From NCBI GenBank assembly GCA_036172245.1, contig JAYWIR010000104.1, positions 62,001 through 126,000 of the forward strand: a stretch of DNA of 64,000 nt, read 5' to 3'. This DNA is from Raillietiella orientalis. Taxonomy: Eukaryota. The translations under genes were made by a program, and so were the position numbers. Positions 62,437 to 64,000 of the stretch are shown here, piece by piece. The notes below the pieces were generated by a model. It was not told where the DNA came from, ran no database searches, and saw nothing but the letters and a program-made list of their open reading frames with translations. Every line of letters starts with the position of its first letter. The first letter of the stretch is position 1.

Positions 62437-64000
62437 CAGTTGAAGTTTACGTATCACTCCTCGGTGCATCCAGCGAATCCATCCATCGAGCCACCTTTCC
62501 AACGTCTTTCTATCCTTTCGCTCTCTCCAGGAGTAATCGTTCCCCTGCAACGCGTTCGAAAATGTATATCCTCCATGTTCTCCCCATCTTCCTTCGTCCT
62601 GATTGAAGTAGAAAAATTCTTTCCGGTTGATATCCAAAGGAATCTGTGTTCGTGTGGATTTGTGATTGGTTACCGAGACATCGACGTCCCTGTTGGTTGC
62701 AAATCCCCATTTTTGTCTTTTTTTTTTCAATAGGGGATTGAAAGTCCCGAAAGTTATTCCAACCTCCGGTCGGCGACGTGATTTTTGTGTTTTCTGTAGG
62801 CTGGGAATCATGCTTTGTAAGAATCGCATTTTGTTTTATAGTTGAGTCTGCAACTCTTTTCTGAAGCTCTTTTCTGAAAGGGAAAGATAAAACCGCAAAT
62901 AGATGCGAAAATGAAAAGTAGGTAGATGGATATCCTAGTATTTTTTTGAAGTGTTCGTTTCCTGGGGAATGAGCCCCGAATTTTGGACTTCCATTCGTTT
63001 CCTTTGGCGGAAGCAGTGCTCTCGCTCCCACCAAACTCGCAATTGGAATGCGCAGACACGAAACTGACAGCAGGACATCATCGCTCTTTTCGCTTCCCTC
63101 TAGTAGAAAAACGCTGCTCTCCTTCTGCTGGGCCAAACGATAGTTTGGGAACAATCCGCTCTTCTTCTTGGCACCCCACAACGATCTATACTCCCCGTTC
63201 ACTGGCAACGATCTTCGGATTGAAATTTATAGGTTTCCTCTACCATGAATTTTCCCATGAAAATTCGCCTCAGTTCGCCAACAACCTTTCTCAGATACAT
63301 GGCGACGAATCCAACTCCACGCAGCACCATCAGGTCGGGAGCCACCCTACCCCCCGAGGATGCTTCTTGGCGTTGCACCGTCACGCTCATTTCGCCCCTA
63401 TCCCTCCCAGAGAGTTGCACTTGGCGACGTGCCAAGTGATCTGATTACTAACGCCAGTACTTTCGACTACCCAACAGTGAGATCGACAGTTTCCGAATGC
63501 GCCTTGTGATCATTGGTCTTCTCTCGCCACATTTGACCTCCAGATTGGCTATCCCCTTCACGGTTGAGGCTCAAAACACCAGGACAGCCCTCTCCCTGCT
63601 TTCCGTAGTGCTCAGCGCCCGTTACCGCCGAGCGGGCCTGCTGCTCTATGGAGAAATGTTGGTTCCTACTTCTTGCTCCCGAAAACGTGGAGACTTCTTC
63701 ACCTTACATGGACTCACTTTCCGTTTCCCCCATTCCTCTGTTCGTTCCCCGAAGCGTGGATGTGCAAGCGATCTGGAGCGTGTGGATGTAGTTCCTGTCT
63801 GTCGAGTTACCCCGGCGATTCCCCCCGTCGTCAGTGGGCAGGCTTGACCTGCGGTCTCTCCGCGTGCGATGCTTCGCTTTGTGTTGTTACACGTTTCCCT
63901 TGAAGATTTGCTTCTGCAGGCCAACGAAATTTGATTGCAGCATCGTCACCATTCTGTATTTCAACACACCAACTGAGTCCGGGAGCCCCCCTACCCCCCG

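Noticed and set aside
62245..63924. ORFs right of the satellite (194, 232 and 153 aa)
   Set aside because: They overlap on both strands with no recognisable motifs; there is no support for coding.

Overview
Eukaryotic, probably arthropod, repeat-rich DNA with no recognisable housekeeping gene. There are three main components. (1) Three AT-rich, intronless ankyrin-repeat + C-terminal PRANC/F-box-like gene copies: 1-840 is open and runs off the left edge, 18.7-21.2 kb is frameshifted, and ~23.1 kb is a remnant. From memory they resemble Wolbachia prophage WO ANK-PRANC proteins. Two copies carry the same ~1.3 kb + ~0.2 kb downstream block. (2) A pile of about 14 degraded, GC-rich Tx1/L1-clade non-LTR retrotransposon pieces on both strands (4-17.5, 29-32, 35, 38-45 kb). 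The main family ends in a conserved AATAAAC(G/T)nYCCGRCGTGA motif with no poly(A), and starts with a CGGACGTG (DPE-like) motif ~80-95 nt before the ORF1 ATG. Every 5' end found lies next to another copy of the family. One copy has Gag-like ORF1 fused in frame to RT with no endonuclease. (3) A ~17.1 kb satellite array of ~40 units of ~424 bp (45.3-62.4 kb), with variant classes and multi-unit duplications. Most short ORFs in the supplied track are antisense or spurious. All family assignments are by eye from motifs; no database search was run, and TE boundaries are approximate.
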